Counted from the stretch's first letter, positions 50,305 to 62,562 are shown. The stretch: 64,000 nucleotides of DNA from Candidatus Bathyarchaeota archaeon (GCA_963717465.1 OY970340.1:672001-736000), one strand, 5' to 3'. Numbers and translations: made by a program. Notes: a model not told the origin generated them from the sequence alone.

Positions 50305-52844
50305 CCTTGACAAAGCAGTGCGACTGGAAAATCACTTAACGCTTCTTTAAGAAAAATCCTACCAGATATAGATTTAAGGTTTTTTCCCGTAAAAATGTTT
50401 GCCCAACTCGAAGGCTTACTGTTTGGAACTGAAATGTATGTTTCCTTCCAATCTACCGTTCCCCATTTAACTGGATATTTTGCTAAACTGGACAGAAACC
50501 TAGGTACAATAACGATGACGGACTCTTTGCCTTTTTCCCTGCAAAAAGCGATTACATGCTCCTTTTCTTCCCCTTCAACTTTTAACGGAATATATTTGCC
50601 TTCGTTAAACAGGCTTTTTGCCTTTCGCCTAAATCGTAACGATTTATTTATCAAGTATAATTTAGCTTTTCCATCCTCGAAATTCCCTAAGAGTTCATTG
50701 GTTTCTTTTGGTTTTAGCTTTGAAATTTCCGACAGCAGTCTTTGCCTTTTTTTGAAATCTACAAGTCTACGGTTATCGGGATCAACGAGGTTAAGGTCCC
50801 AAAGTTCAGCGCCTTGATAAAAGTCTGGGATTCCTGGGCTTGTAATCTTGAGTAATGTTTGCGAAAGAGTGTTAAAAAACCCGTAAAATGAGATTTTCTT
50901 TTGGAAGGGTAAAAAATCATCCATAAATCGTTGATTATTAATGATTTCAGCGGCGAAAGCAGTAACTGCTTCTTCGTAATTCAAGTTCGGAGAGATCCAA
51001 TTGCTGTTAACCTTGGCTTCTCTCAAAGCCTTAACCATATGCGCTTTTATTCTAACTTCAAATTTAGGATCATCGCTCATAAAAGGGTAAGCGCAAAGAA
51101 GTGTTTGGTAAATGTAATATTCCTCGTTACTGCAAGGAACAAGGTTGTTTTCGATTTTTGTTTTTAGGTTTCTGTTTACTCCTGCCCATTTCCAGATTCG
51201 CTTATTGAATTCTCCTGGAATTTCGCTAATTACGTTTAGCCGGGCGCGTGCGTCTTCGCCTCTTTTAGTGTCGTGAGTACTCGTAGTGTTAAGCGATAAA
51301 GGCCAATTCTGTTGGCGTATTTTGTTGAATTCGTGAAAAAATTCGACAGTGGAGCCGAATTTGTCCGGATTGCTGCCGACTTCATTGAGCGATAATAGCC
51401 TATTATAACGGTAAAATACGGTGTCTTCATAGCCCTTAGCCATAATAGAGCCAGTGAACTGCTGGAATCTCATTATAGCGTATGATGCTTCAGGTGAATT
51501 TGGGATTTTTTCAAGCAAGTAGTCTATAGCCGCAAATTCAGTCTGCAAATCTTTATTTTTTTGTTCTGCCAGCTTTAACGCTTTTTTGAAAAGCTCGCCT
51601 TTTTCTTTTGTGGATGCGTCATCTAAGTAGGTTCTGTAAACGGAAAAGCACGCCAGTAATTCAGCGACTGCTTCAGTAAGTTTTAAGCGGTTAATTTTTT
51701 TTGTGTACCGCGCTCTCTGTAACGATTGAATAAGTAAGCGAGTAAGATTTCTGACATCTCCCAAAAAGAAATTTTCAATAATCAGTCTTTTGCTTTCACA
51801 TGATGATTCATTGAAGGTTTGTGTGTTGCCAGTGAATTTCTTGTATATGAAATCAATTTTTCTTTTATTTGGTTTTTTCAGGAAAATCGCATTTACATGA
51901 GCTAGGAAATCGTAACCTGTTGTGCCTTCGACAGGCCATGAATCAGGCAATCTCTCTTCGTCAGATAGAATTTTCTCCACAACTGTATAAGTATCCGGTA
52001 AATGATTCCTAAGTTTTTGCAAGTATTCTTTGGGCTTAAATAACCCATCAATGTGGTCTACTCGTAATCCAGATATTTTTCCTGTTGCAACTAAATCAAA
52101 AATTAATCGGTGGGTTTCATTAAACACCTTAGGGTTTTCCATTCGGAGACCAATCAAATCGATTATGTCAAAGAATCGTCGATAGTTAATTTGTTTTAGT
52201 GCTGTTTTCCAGTATGTGAGCGTAAAGAACTGTTTTAAAAGCAAGTCGCCTAAAAGTCTTCGATTGTTGTTGTATCGCTTAATTGTTGCCTCAGTTGAAT
52301 TATTTTTCCGCAGGCTTTTCGAGATGTTATCGCTTGCTGGAAACTGAATGTCACTGTATTTAATTTTAAGGCCATCGTCAGGGACAAGTGATATTTGCCC
52401 CTGTTTTAAGCATTCTTCATAGGTGTTCGCAAGGAAAGGTGCAAGAATTTTTCCTTTCAATCTGTGAGTAGGATGATTCCAATCGATGTCTAAAAAGGAA
52501 GAGTAGTCAGAGGCAACTCCCTTTCTCATTAAATCGTTGACTATTTTGTTCTCGACTGAATATGAAACGTGGTTCGGAACAATGTCTTGTATCCATTCTA
52601 AACTGTAATCGGCGAGTTTTCCGATTAAGCTTTCAAAGTCTCTTGCTCCGCCAAGCTCGTCGCTTATCTTGTTGTGATCAACTATGTCGTAGCCGTGTGC
52701 GCTTCCCTTTTTTGCTTTAAAAATTGGTGAAGCATAAACATGTGAAATCCCCAGCTGCTTCAAGTAGGGTAGAACATCCTCTAAGGATTTAAAATTAAAT
52801 TCCCTGCCTAGCTGGATTCGATAAGTGGCTACAGGAATCTTCAA
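50301..52844 (-). CDS. treY: Malto-oligosyltrehalose synthase
   Basis: PVATYRIQL, GSAHGYD, DIVPNH, INYRRFFDI, GLRVDHIDGL, STHDTKRGED, LVDPDNRR. Confidence 0.96.
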   Translation of the reverse strand: MKIPVATYRIQLGREFNFKSLEDVLPYLKQLGISHVYASPIFKAKKGSAHGYDIVDHNKISDELGGARDFESLIGKLADYSLEWIQDIVPNHVSYSVENKIVNDLMRKGVASDYSSFLDIDWNHPTHRLKGKILAPFLANTYEECLKQGQISLVPDDGLKIKYSDIQFPASDNISKSLRKNNSTEATIKRYNNNRRLLGDLLLKQFFTLTYWKTALKQINYRRFFDIIDLIGLRMENPKVFNETHRLIFDLVATGKISGLRVDHIDGLFKPKEYLQKLRNHLPDTYTVVEKILSDEERLPDSWPVEGTTGYDFLAHVNAIFLKKPNKRKIDFIYKKFTGNTQTFNESSCESKRLIIENFFLGDVRNLTRLLIQSLQRARYTKKINRLKLTEAVAELLACFSVYRTYLDDASTKEKGELFKKALKLAEQKNKDLQTEFAAIDYLLEKIPNSPEASYAIMRFQQFTGSIMAKGYEDTVFYRYNRLLSLNEVGSNPDKFGSTVEFFHEFNKIRQQNWPLSLNTTSTHDTKRGEDARARLNVISEIPGEFNKRIWKWAGVNRNLKTKIENNLVPCSNEEYYIYQTLLCAYPFMSDDPKFEVRIKAHMVKALREAKVNSNWISPNLNYEEAVTAFAAEIINNQRFMDDFLPFQKKISFYGFFNTLSQTLLKITSPGIPDFYQGAELWDLNLVDPDNRRLVDFKKRQRLLSEISKLKPKETNELLGNFEDGKAKLYLINKSLRFRRKAKSLFNEGKYIPLKVEGEEKEHVIAFCREKGKESVIVIVPRFLSSLAKYPVKWGTVDWKETYISVPNSKPSSWANIFTGKNLKSISGRIFLKEALSDFPVALLCQG

Positions 52845-52846
52845 AA

Positions 52847-55288
52847 TTAATCCAACCGTACGCCAATTAATTCGCATAATTGCTTGAAAGCTAAAACCCA
52901 GGCTTGGGAAACTTCATCTTTCTTGTTTTTGATATCTTTATATTGGTTTTCAGCTATTTTGAAGGCAATGTTCTGCGATTGCCAAAGATTCAAGTTAACC
53001 GGCAACTTGCTAACTGTTTTTATTAGACCATCAATCTTTTTTAGCGTTTCAATACTTTCTGGTTCTTTTGAAAGCTTGGCAAATTCACTATCAATTTTTT
53101 CGCTTGCTTTAAACGCTAAAAATCTCCAATCAAGGTTTATTGACAAGCTTTTAGAGTTATCAATTAATCTCTGCAGTGTTTCCAAATCTAAATTCTCAGA
53201 TGATAACGCTTGATCTATTTCACTACTTAATATCACCTCTGCTGCTGTCCTAAACGGTTTAGGAGAAGGCATCCTATTTTCCTTCATAAAACGCAGCATC
53301 GCAGAGTTATCATGATAAACTATTCCAAACAAATCTTTAGCTTTTCTTAATCTGTCAGCAACAATAAAATCAAGAATTAAGCGTTGATCATCCTTAAACA
53401 TGTCTTTAAGAGAATAATTATTTTGACCAAAATACTTGGATAAAACAATAATTATCTCATTTATCTGTCCCTTCTCAAAACATGAGAGCACCTCGTTACG
53501 CATAACGTTGAATGCTTCTTCCTGCATGTTATGCATGGCACCGCAAGAAACATTATGATCTCCAAGCCAAATTGCCGCGCAGCCAAACGACTTCTTCATC
53601 TAACGTTATGCCTGAATGAACTTTGGACAGGTTTGTTACTAGCCTAAATTTTCCATCATCGCGTTTTTCAATATTTTCCACTGTAATGGTAAAATAGCAA
53701 TTTGCCAGTTGGGTGGCATCGATTTAATTTTATGTGGTCTGAAAAAAGATTCATTATAGTGTTTTGGGCACTTATTTTCGCAAAGTCAACTATTGACGGC
53801 TCTACAAAAATAGAGTATATTTTGCCTCCATTCTCAAATTCAGGTATATTGCTTGGTGCCTTCTTGAGAAAATTGACGTATTCATTTTCAAGTTCTAAAC
53901 CGAAGACTTCGCGAGCCAACTGCATAGCTCTAGCAGCGTACATCATTACCTGCACCGTTTCTATCCCTGAAATTTCATCAAAAAACCAACCGCAACTAGT
54001 ATACATGAGCATGCAATGTCGTTGAATTTCAAGTAGTTTTATTACGTGACGTTTTTCATCGTCGCTGAGAACTTTTTTTGCATGTTCTGCAAGAAATTTC
54101 TCTACATTTTCTTTGGACCTATCCAGCACAACTTTAATGTAATTGTTGCGTGCTTCCCATGGGTCTTTCAAGTATTCTTTTGCTTCGCGTTCGAAATTTG
54201 TCGCTAACGTGTCTCTTAGCCAATCCATAGCCTCTCGAAGAGGTTTTCTCCATGCTTGTTTCCAAGGCCTTTTGCCCATGTTACATCCGCAATCGTTTCT
54301 CCACCTTTCTATGCCATGTATGCAACTCCATGAAGTGTTCTCTTTGATTTGTATCTCGTATTGTGGCGGCGAATTTTTTTCCAGAAATTCAGCGTAGTTA
54401 GTTATTCTCGCCAGGTTGTTAGCTGTTATGTAGTAGAGGCAGTACGCTAAAGTCATGTCTCCATGAGTGATGATGATGACCGTATAACTCTCCGTCGCTT
54501 GCAACGCTCTCTAAGAAATTTTCTCCATTAGTCAATTTAAACACGTCAATTAACCGCTTAGCAAATGCCTCACCGCTATCAAGCAAATTTCCAAATGCAA
54601 TGTCACTTGCTGTCGGTTTATCAAAGAAGAAAAGGTTAATCGATTTGCCTGAAGGTAGATTGCATAAATAAAATCTTCTTGATTCAAACTTGCTGCCATT
54701 TGGAAACATCAATCCACTCTTTCTCGCCGATTCTCCTTATCTTTGCTACTTGATGCGGACTCAGAAGAGTAAATTTTATTTTATGTTCAGCTAAAACTTC
54801 CAGCGTTTCAATGTCAACCGCTGTTTCGGGGAGCCACATGCCTTCAGGATACCGATTGAATCTTTTTTCAAAATCAAATATCGCCCATCTGACTTGTGTC
54901 TCCTTGTCTCTTCTGTTAGCTAAGGGCATAATCATGTGATTGTAAACTTGGGCAATTGCCGATCCGTGTCCTGAAAAGTTTTTTATGCTTTCTTTGTCAG
55001 CGTCAAGAATTGACTGATAAACTGGCTTATTATGTCTCTCAAGCCAATAGAGAAGTGTAGGGCCAAAGTTAAAACTGATTTTGAGTAATTGTTGATTAAT
55101 CCAATTATCCTCCATTGAGGATCCATTATTCGTGAAACCGCGTTAGGCGCGTAGCATTCAGCAGTTACTCTTTCATTCCAATCATGATACGGCAATGCTG
55201 ATTCTTGAAATTCCACTTCCTCAAGCCAAGGATTTTCACGCGGAGGCTGATAGAAATGACCGTGAATACAAATGTAGCGTTCAACCAC
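52847..55288 (-). CDS. GH57/DUF3536 glycoside hydrolase, split into five pieces by frameshifts
   Basis: CIHGHFYQPPRENPW, SFNFGPTL, GMWLPETAVD, ASDGELYGHH, SWSCIHGIERW, MYTSCGWFFDE, LNLWQSQN. Confidence 0.88.
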
Positions 55289-57110
55289 GATTATCTCCTC
55301 CAGCAAGCCTTCTTTTCAAGTAAACCGCGATATTGCAGCCTTGAATAACCTGTTTGTCGCCAAATGCCGCTTTGTCTGATAGGCTTGCGCCTGGGCCATC
55401 CCAAACAAGATCTGCGGAATCCAAAATCTTTTCATATTCACCTTTAAATGGAAAAACAATTTCCTTAGGTGACTGTGAAAAATTAATTAAAATGCAACCA
55501 GTAAAATCTGCTTCTCTTCTTTGAACAAACAGTAACTTTTCTTCTTCACTTGAGAATACCTCAATTTGCCTGTTGCTAGTTGGACTAAAAACTGGTAAGC
55601 TCCTAAGTTTTATTAACGCTTGATAGTAAGCTGCAATTTTCTTGTTTTTTCCCTGATATCGCAGTTGCCAATTAAGCTTTGACTTCTCAAAAGTCTCAAT
55701 GCTTTGAGGGTCTGGCGCTTCTGTTTTCCATTTGAAAGAAGCAAACTCTTTTTTTCTGCCTTCCCGAACTGCTTTTGCTAACTCTTTAGTTTGATAATCG
55801 GTGAAGAACAAGAAAGGAGCAGTTTCTCCGTATTCTTCGCCCATGAAAAGCAAGGGTACAAAGGGTGAAAGTAGCACTATTCCCGCAGCTGTTTTTGCTG
55901 CTTCAAAACCTGAAAGGACCGTTAAGCGTTCGCCAAGTCGTCTGTTTCCGACTTGATCGTGATTTTGAGAAAAAACCACAAATCTCTGAGTTGGAATGTG
56001 CCTGAAGGATTCATCTGGACTTCTGCGTCGAAGGTTCTCTTTATCCATGTAAACGTATGTTTCGGTTATTGCTTCAGCCAAGTCCTGAATTGTGCCGTAT
56101 TTATTGTAATACCCTTGTTTTTCTCCGGTTAAAAGCACATGTAATGCATGTTCAAAATCCTCGAGCCATTGTGCATCGAACCCATCACCGCCCTGATTGG
56201 TAGGAGTTAAAGTCTTCTTTTCGTTAAATCCGCTTTCGGCAATAAGATGCAATCTTTTTCCAGTTTCTTTTGAATAATTGTCAATGGTGTCATTTAACTC
56301 GCTGAGAAAGCGTCTTGGGCTTGAATCCACGATTGCAAAGACTGCGTCTAACCTTATTCCGTCAATGTGGTAGTCTCGGTACCAGTGAATTGTATTTTCA
56401 AGAAAATAGTTTCTTACCAGCTCGTTCCATTGTCCATCAAAATTGATTACAGGGCCCCAAGGAGTCTTCTTTTCTGAAGAGAAATATGGTCCATAATCTA
56501 TGAGGCAGTTTCCTTCTGGTCCTAAATGATTATAGACAAAATCTATGAATACCGAGACGTCGTTCAAGTGGCATTGGTTTACAAGCTTTTTTAGGTCCTC
56601 AGGGGTTCCATAGGTATTTTGAACTGCAAACGGGAAAACTCCATCGTAACCCCAGTTTCTTTTTCCTGAAAACTGTGTTATCGGCATCAATTCAAGCGCG
56701 TTTATTCCAAACTCAGCTAACTCTTTAATTCTTCTTGTAATAGCTTCAAAAGTGCCTTCTAAAGTGAAGGTTCCAACATGAACTTCGTAGAATACTAATT
56801 CCTTAAGGTCAAGTCCACGCCAACTCCTGATCTTTCCATTTAAACGATTCGTGGTCGATGACTGCTGATGAGCCGAAAACACCGTTGGGTTGAAAATGTG
56901 AAGCAGGATCAGGTCTACTTACTTGATCGTTTAGCAGGTACTTGTATGTCGTATTTGGCTTTAGCCCTTCCACACTAAGCGAAAAGTAGCCCTTTTCTGT
57001 CGCTTCCATTTCGCATTTTTCTTTTCAAGCAGCAATGAAACTTTCTCGTGGTATGGCGCCCAGACTACAAAGTCGCATTTTTTTTGCTTAAAACTTGCTC
57101 CAACTTGCAC
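55281..57110 (-). CDS. treZ: Malto-oligosyltrehalose trehalohydrolase (GH13), frameshifted near 5' end
   Basis: FVVWAP, RPDPASHFQPNGVFG, YEVHVGTFT, RNWGYDG, GIRLDAV, QNHDQVGNR, LFMGEEYGE. Confidence 0.93.
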
Positions 57111-57327
57111 GTTGAATCCTGCTTCTCTTGTTGAGTTACAGCAAGAAGCTTGCTTCGAGCCTGAAGTTATAGAAAACATGGCCTGAATCTGTTGCACTTT
57201 CGAAAAGGCGAAGCTTCGCTTGCTGTTTAATCGTTAAAACTCTAACAACATTATTATGGGAGCACACTAATAATAATTTTGTCTTAGATCTTTCTTGTAA
57301 GCGGCTTTTTATTGGTGAATTTTTTTA

Positions 57328-58575
57328 ATGTTACGAGTTGAATTATCGAGAAAAGTGGAGCTTGAAGATTATATAAAAATTGTCGGGGAACAGCAGATAG
57401 AAAACATTAGGGCGATTGGTGATAAATTAAAAGGTAAATCTGTTACTCATGTTAATTCTACTTCTTATGGGGGAGGAGTAGCGGAAATTTTACACAGCCT
57501 TGTTCCGCTAATGAGAGACGCTGGTTTAGATGTGCACTGGGAAGTAATGAAAGGCTCTTATGAATTCTTTAATGTTACAAAAAAAATTCACAATGCCCTG
57601 CAAGGCTTGAACGTTCACTTAACTAGAGAGGAAGAATACACTTACTTGGAATATAATCGTATGAACAGTGAATTAACAATTGTAGATACCGATCTTGTAA
57701 TGGTTCATGACAATCAGCCTGCAGCCTTGATCCAATTCTTCCCCAACAAATATAACAAGTGGGTTTGGCGATGCCACGTTGACCTCTCTACCCCCAACTT
57801 AGGCGTCTGGAGCTTTCTTGAACAATACATTATGTCGTTATGACGCTGCAGTTTTTACAGCTAAAGAATATGTTATTCCAAGCCTTAAAATTCCTGAGAT
57901 TGCTATTCGTCCCCCTTCTATAAATCCTATTAGCGAAAAAAACATGGACATATCAGAGAGCAAAACGAACGAGATTCTCCGTCAGATACGAGGTTAACCC
58001 GGAGCATCCGATAATCTCTCAGGTAGGACGTTTTGATCCATGGAAATGGCAACTCGGCGCAATCGATGTTTACAGGCTTGTTAAAAAGCAAATTCCAGAA
58101 GTTCAGCTTATACTGGCTGCAGGCATGGCTTCAGATGATCCTGAAGGTTGGCTGTACATGGAAAAAACTGCCAGGCACGCAGGCGAAGATCCGGATATTC
58201 ACTTATTAACGGATTTAAAAGGTGTTAAAGACCTTGAAATCAATGCCTTTCAACGAGCTTCACAGGTTGTACTTCAAATGTCAACTCGCGAAGGCTTTGG
58301 ATTAACCGTTGCAGAAGCACTCTGGAAAGGCGTGCCCGTTGTAGGACGTAAAGTCGGTGGAATTCCCCTTCAAATAATCGACGGGGTAACGGGTTACTTA
58401 GTGGACACAGTGGAACAAGCTGCTGAGAAAACACTTTTTCTGTTAAGAAATAGGGAAGAGGCAAAAAAGATGGGTGTAAACGGCAAAGAGCATGTAAAGC
58501 AAAACTTTTTAATAATCAATCATATGAAGAGACTACTTAATTTTATTCGCCGATCTTCTGCAGATCAAGCTCTAG
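57328..58575 (+). CDS. treT: Trehalose glycosyltransferring synthase TreT (GT4), frameshifted; 3' end approximate
   Basis: HVNSTSYGGGVAEIL, FFNVTKKIHNALQG, WRCHVD, QVGRFDPWK, MASDDPEG, REGFGLTVAEALWKG. Confidence 0.9.
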
Positions 58576-58975
58576 TCAACTTGGAATTCGGTTCACTATC
58601 TTACAGTCAACGTATCTTATAGTCAACGTAACCACATATTAGACAGTAATGATTTCAGATTGAAATTAGATAGATACAAAGCTTTTTAAGCCGAAGATAT
58701 CTTTTCAAAAAGTTCAGTTTGCCAAATTTAAGCGGTGGCTTTGGCAACTTCAGCTACAAAGCAATAGTATACCGATATCACTAGCAAATTGGGATGGAGG
58801 GGAAAACATTTACCGACATTCAAATAACCAACGTTGTAAATCAAGCGCAGCAATCAAAACAACCTGCTTATGCTTCAAGGTTTTCCCAATCAACAAAGAC
58901 TTTTTCAATTGCCCGTCTGACTTTTAGGAGGCACACGGAATAACACATGCAGCTCTTTCCAAGAATTTCGGTGAA

Positions 58976-60141
58976 ATGTTCAAAGAAACCTCATTAACAT
59001 ACCTATTTGATATAACGGGATTAATCGCTGGTTTCCTGATTGCCTTCCAACTTGGCATATTTCGACTTGCACCTTGGGCTATAGCTCTATATCCCGCCGT
59101 TTTAAGCATAAAAAGCTTAGTTAGCGGTTTGCTTAGCGGGCGCTTAAGCACCGCAGTTGCATTTGGGCACGATTTCTCCGTGTTTTCTCAAAAATTCTAA
59201 AAGTTTTTATAGAATTGTTGAAAGCATGCTTGTCTTGACTTTAATTATGAGTCTAACAGTGAGCTTGTTCTCGATAATTTTTGGTCAATTGTTCTGGAGA
59301 ATATCGGTATCCGATTATTTTCCAATTTTTTCAGTTTTGGTTGCGACAATAACAATAAGTCTTATCATTGTATTATTAACGATAAAATTAGCTTTTTTTT
59401 CGTTTAAACGCGGTTTGGATCAAGATATGTTGGTTTATCCCGTGCTGTCTACTGCTGCCAGCATTTTGGGGACTTTGTGTTACGTTGTCGTGCTCAACAT
59501 TTTCTTTTCCGGATTCATCGGCAACTGGATAATCAACATTATTACTATAGTAAGCATACTTCTTGCTTTATGCTTGTCATTTAAGAATATTCATCAGGCT
59601 GAATTTATAAAAACAATCAAAGATTCTCTGCCAATAATTTTGCTTGTCAGCTTTATGGTTAACATAACTGGAACCCTGCTCAAAGAGATAGGTGACTTTA
59701 CTCAGAATCTCAAAGCGGTCTACACTGTTTATCCAGCTTTGGTTAACGTTGTAAGCGATGTTGGGTCAATCGTCGGTTCAACAGACGTCTACACAAATTG
59801 CCTTAGGTCTTGTTCCACCTTCTTTTTCTTCAATGGCTAAACATATAAAAAACGTTCTTAGCGCTGCTACTGCTTCACTTATAATGTTTATCCTGTTCGG
59901 GGTCTTATCCTTATTTATTAATGGAATATTTTCATTTCAGAGCATTACAAGCTTTATCTTGGTGATGATTATTTCAAACATAATTTCAGTTCTTATGATG
60001 GTCATTATTTCTCATGCAATCTCGATACTAAAGTTCAAAAAGGGTTTAGACTCTGATAGATTCGTCACGCCACTTGAAAGCTCATTTGCATATCTAACTA
60101 CAACTATTGCTTTGTTATTGGCTTTGCTTTTACTGGCTTAA
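58976..60141 (+). CDS. mgtE: MgtE/SLC41-type membrane transporter (two MgtE membrane repeats), frameshifted
   Basis: YPAVLS...GLLSGRLSTA.HLG, KRGLDQD, YPALVNVVSDVGSIVGS, KKGLDSD. Confidence 0.75.
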
Positions 60142-60183
60142 AAATCAAAAGAACATAAATATTTAATCGCCTATTATTTTATT

Positions 60184-61401
60184 ATGGGGACTCTTTTAAG
60201 TATGTCTCGGATTGAAAAAATAAAATATAAACCCATACCAGTTCGCGATCTTCTACTTGAAATGAAGAACCTCTCTGAATTAATGATCGACCTATCATAC
60301 TCCTCAGCTTTATATAACGATAAAGATCTTGCTAAAGACGTTCTTGAACTTGAAGGCAGGATAGACACTTTAGCATATCACTTAAACATGGAAGTCATGG
60401 TTGCTGCCCGAGGAGACCCCAAAGCAGCTGAGGACTTGTTGGGCATTTTAATAGTAGCCTCTGCCACAAACAAAATCTCAGATGCCGCTGCTGATATAGC
60501 TGCAATTGTAACACGAAACATCGGAGTACACTCTGTTGTAAGTGAAGTCTTCGAAAAAGTTGAAGAACATTTAATGAAAGTAACAGTCAAAGAAAAATCC
60601 GAAATTGTCGGCAAAAAAATATTCCAACTCAACTTAGCCGCAAGAATGGGCGTTGACATTATTGCAATCCGCCGAAACAATGAGTGGATTCTAAATCCAA
60701 AAAAAGATGAACGTGTATTAAAAAATGATATATTAATAACGCGTGGTGCTCCAAAAGGTATTCAAGCTTTCAAAGATTTAGCTGAGGGCTCCCTTGCAAA
60801 ACTTAATCAATCTCAAATACTCAAGTTTGCGGAAATAGTTACGAGGCTTGTTGAGCTTAAAGACACTTCTGAACTGATGATTGACTTAGCCTATTCATCG
60901 TTAATGCTGGACAGTAGGGATCTGGCAGAAGAAGTGCAGATGCTTGAGGAAAGAGTTGATGAAATGCATACTGCTTTTGAGTTGCTTTGCTTGACGAGCG
61001 ATTTTGAAAAGGCTGAGGCTTCTGGTTTTCTTGGCTTAATCAGGTTGGGTGTTGCAACAGAGAAAATAGCTGATGCTGCTGCTGATATGGCTGAGGTTGT
61101 CCTCAGAGGAATTGAGCCTCATCCAGTACTGCAACTAGCCATTAAGGAAGCTGAAGAAACAGTGGTTCAAGCATGCGTTGACTCAAATTCAGTATTAGTA
61201 AATAAAACTTTGAAGGAATCAAGAATAAACGAAGAGACTGGAATGAGAGTCTTAATTATTAAACGCGGCGACAAATGTTTACGTCCAAAAGGTGACTCGA
61301 GAATCCAAGTTGGTGATGCATTGATAGCTTCAGGTTACGCTGAAGGTGCAGAAGCTCTAAAACGCCTTGCCTCTCCAAAACAAAAATGTGTAGCTACCTA
61401 A
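60184..61401 (+). CDS. Tandem PhoU + TrkA-C (RCK_C) domain protein
   Basis: Two repeats of EMKNLSELMIDLSYS / ELKDTSELMIDLAYS and KISDAAAD / KIADAAAD, each followed by a TrkA-C domain. Confidence 0.85.
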   Translation: MGTLLSMSRIEKIKYKPIPVRDLLLEMKNLSELMIDLSYSSALYNDKDLAKDVLELEGRIDTLAYHLNMEVMVAARGDPKAAEDLLGILIVASATNKISDAAADIAAIVTRNIGVHSVVSEVFEKVEEHLMKVTVKEKSEIVGKKIFQLNLAARMGVDIIAIRRNNEWILNPKKDERVLKNDILITRGAPKGIQAFKDLAEGSLAKLNQSQILKFAEIVTRLVELKDTSELMIDLAYSSLMLDSRDLAEEVQMLEERVDEMHTAFELLCLTSDFEKAEASGFLGLIRLGVATEKIADAAADMAEVVLRGIEPHPVLQLAIKEAEETVVQACVDSNSVLVNKTLKESRINEETGMRVLIIKRGDKCLRPKGDSRIQVGDALIASGYAEGAEALKRLASPKQKCVAT

Positions 61402-61721
61402 TTTTATCTCTTAATCTTCCATGTTGCATCCAATAATACTATAATTTCATTTTCCCATAAATCTTCATGAATCAATTAAAGCAGTGCTAATTAAAAATTG
61501 AATTGATATTGGAAAAACTTGGGAAATTCCTCAAAAATTTTGTCTCCGCCATCATATAGGCTACCGATTGAATGGATACAGATAGAATTCCATGCAATGC
61601 ATAGATTTTAGGGATAGTTGATTGCATTGTTAAGAAATGAGGCTATAGTGCATGTTTTTTGAGACACACATTCACTTTTAGCCTGTATAAGTGATTTTTA
61701 AAAACAGATTAGGAAAGTAGA

Positions 61722-62130
61722 TTGGAGACGGTACGGTTGTCCACGACCCTTCAAGAGCCTATGCCAGGTGTTGCCATTACTCCAGAGGTTGCTACTACTT
61801 CAGATACCGTACCGGCTAAACCTTTGAATGCTGAAGAAGTAACAATCATGGCCTCTGAGTTTTTGAGGCGGATCGGTCACAAGGGTAAACTAAAGCCTAA
61901 GCGGGTCTCCTTAGAGGAAGAAATTTACACGGTGGAGATTGAAACAAGCAAGTTAATGGCTGTGGTTAAGGTTAGCACTCAAATCACGCGAAATAACAGA
62001 ATTCGATGTTCAACCTAAAAATGAGGAAAGTTCTTCTCCAATAAATCCAAAAATCATTATAACTATGCTGGTCATCTCTGCAATTGTTGATGTAGGACTG
62101 TCTTTCATTCTTAAGATATTTGGGCTCTAA
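61722..62130 (+). CDS. Hypothetical protein, PepSY-like segment and C-terminal TM (frameshift ~61980)
   Basis: ORF continues in another frame as EITEFDVQPK...IIITMLVISAIVDVGLSFILKIFGL-stop at 62130. Confidence 0.55.
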
Positions 62131-62223
62131 AATCATTACACGCGTAATAAAATCATTAGATTAAAAATCAAATTAGAAATAAAAAAACTAAAGAATTGGG
62201 ATTTTAAAGAAAAATATTGTTCT

Positions 62224-62562
62224 TTATTTCTTTTTCTTAGCTGGTGCTTCTGCAGGTGCTTCTGAAGTTTTCGTTTCAGCTGGTGCTTCTGTTTTTGGCT
62301 CTTCTTTCTTGTCCTCTATTTCAGTCGTGATTTCTTCGATTGGTTTCGGTGGAGGTGTTGTAGCCATAGTCCAGCCTATCCATGCCCCGATTAACATTAT
62401 AGCTACGAAAGCTACAAAGACCGGGATAGCGATTAGCCAGAATTGAACGACTGACGCACTACCTAAGTAATATGGATAGAATAATGTTACAACATAGAAT
62501 ACTGCAACGATAACGCACACAGCTAGTATTGCTGCACCTATAGCTTGATCTTTGCTTACCAT
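62224..62562 (-). CDS. Small two-TM membrane protein with acidic/Pro-rich tail
   Basis: SKDQAIGA..., two TM helices, AWIGWTMATTPPPKPIEEI; GGTGA RBS. Confidence 0.8.
   Translation of the reverse strand: MVSKDQAIGAAILAVCVIVAVFYVVTLFYPYYLGSASVVQFWLIAIPVFVAFVAIMLIGAWIGWTMATTPPPKPIEEITTEIEDKKEEPKTEAPAETKTSEAPAEAPAKKKK

Noticed and set aside
1..62130. Many split genes as true pseudogenes or programmed frameshifts (priL, trm11-like, ppsA, dph2, METTL5-like, DP1, GH57, treZ, treT, mgtE)
   Set aside because: They include essential genes with intact catalytic motifs, the breaks I traced look like single-base indels, and there is no shared slippery motif; long-read consensus error is the simplest explanation
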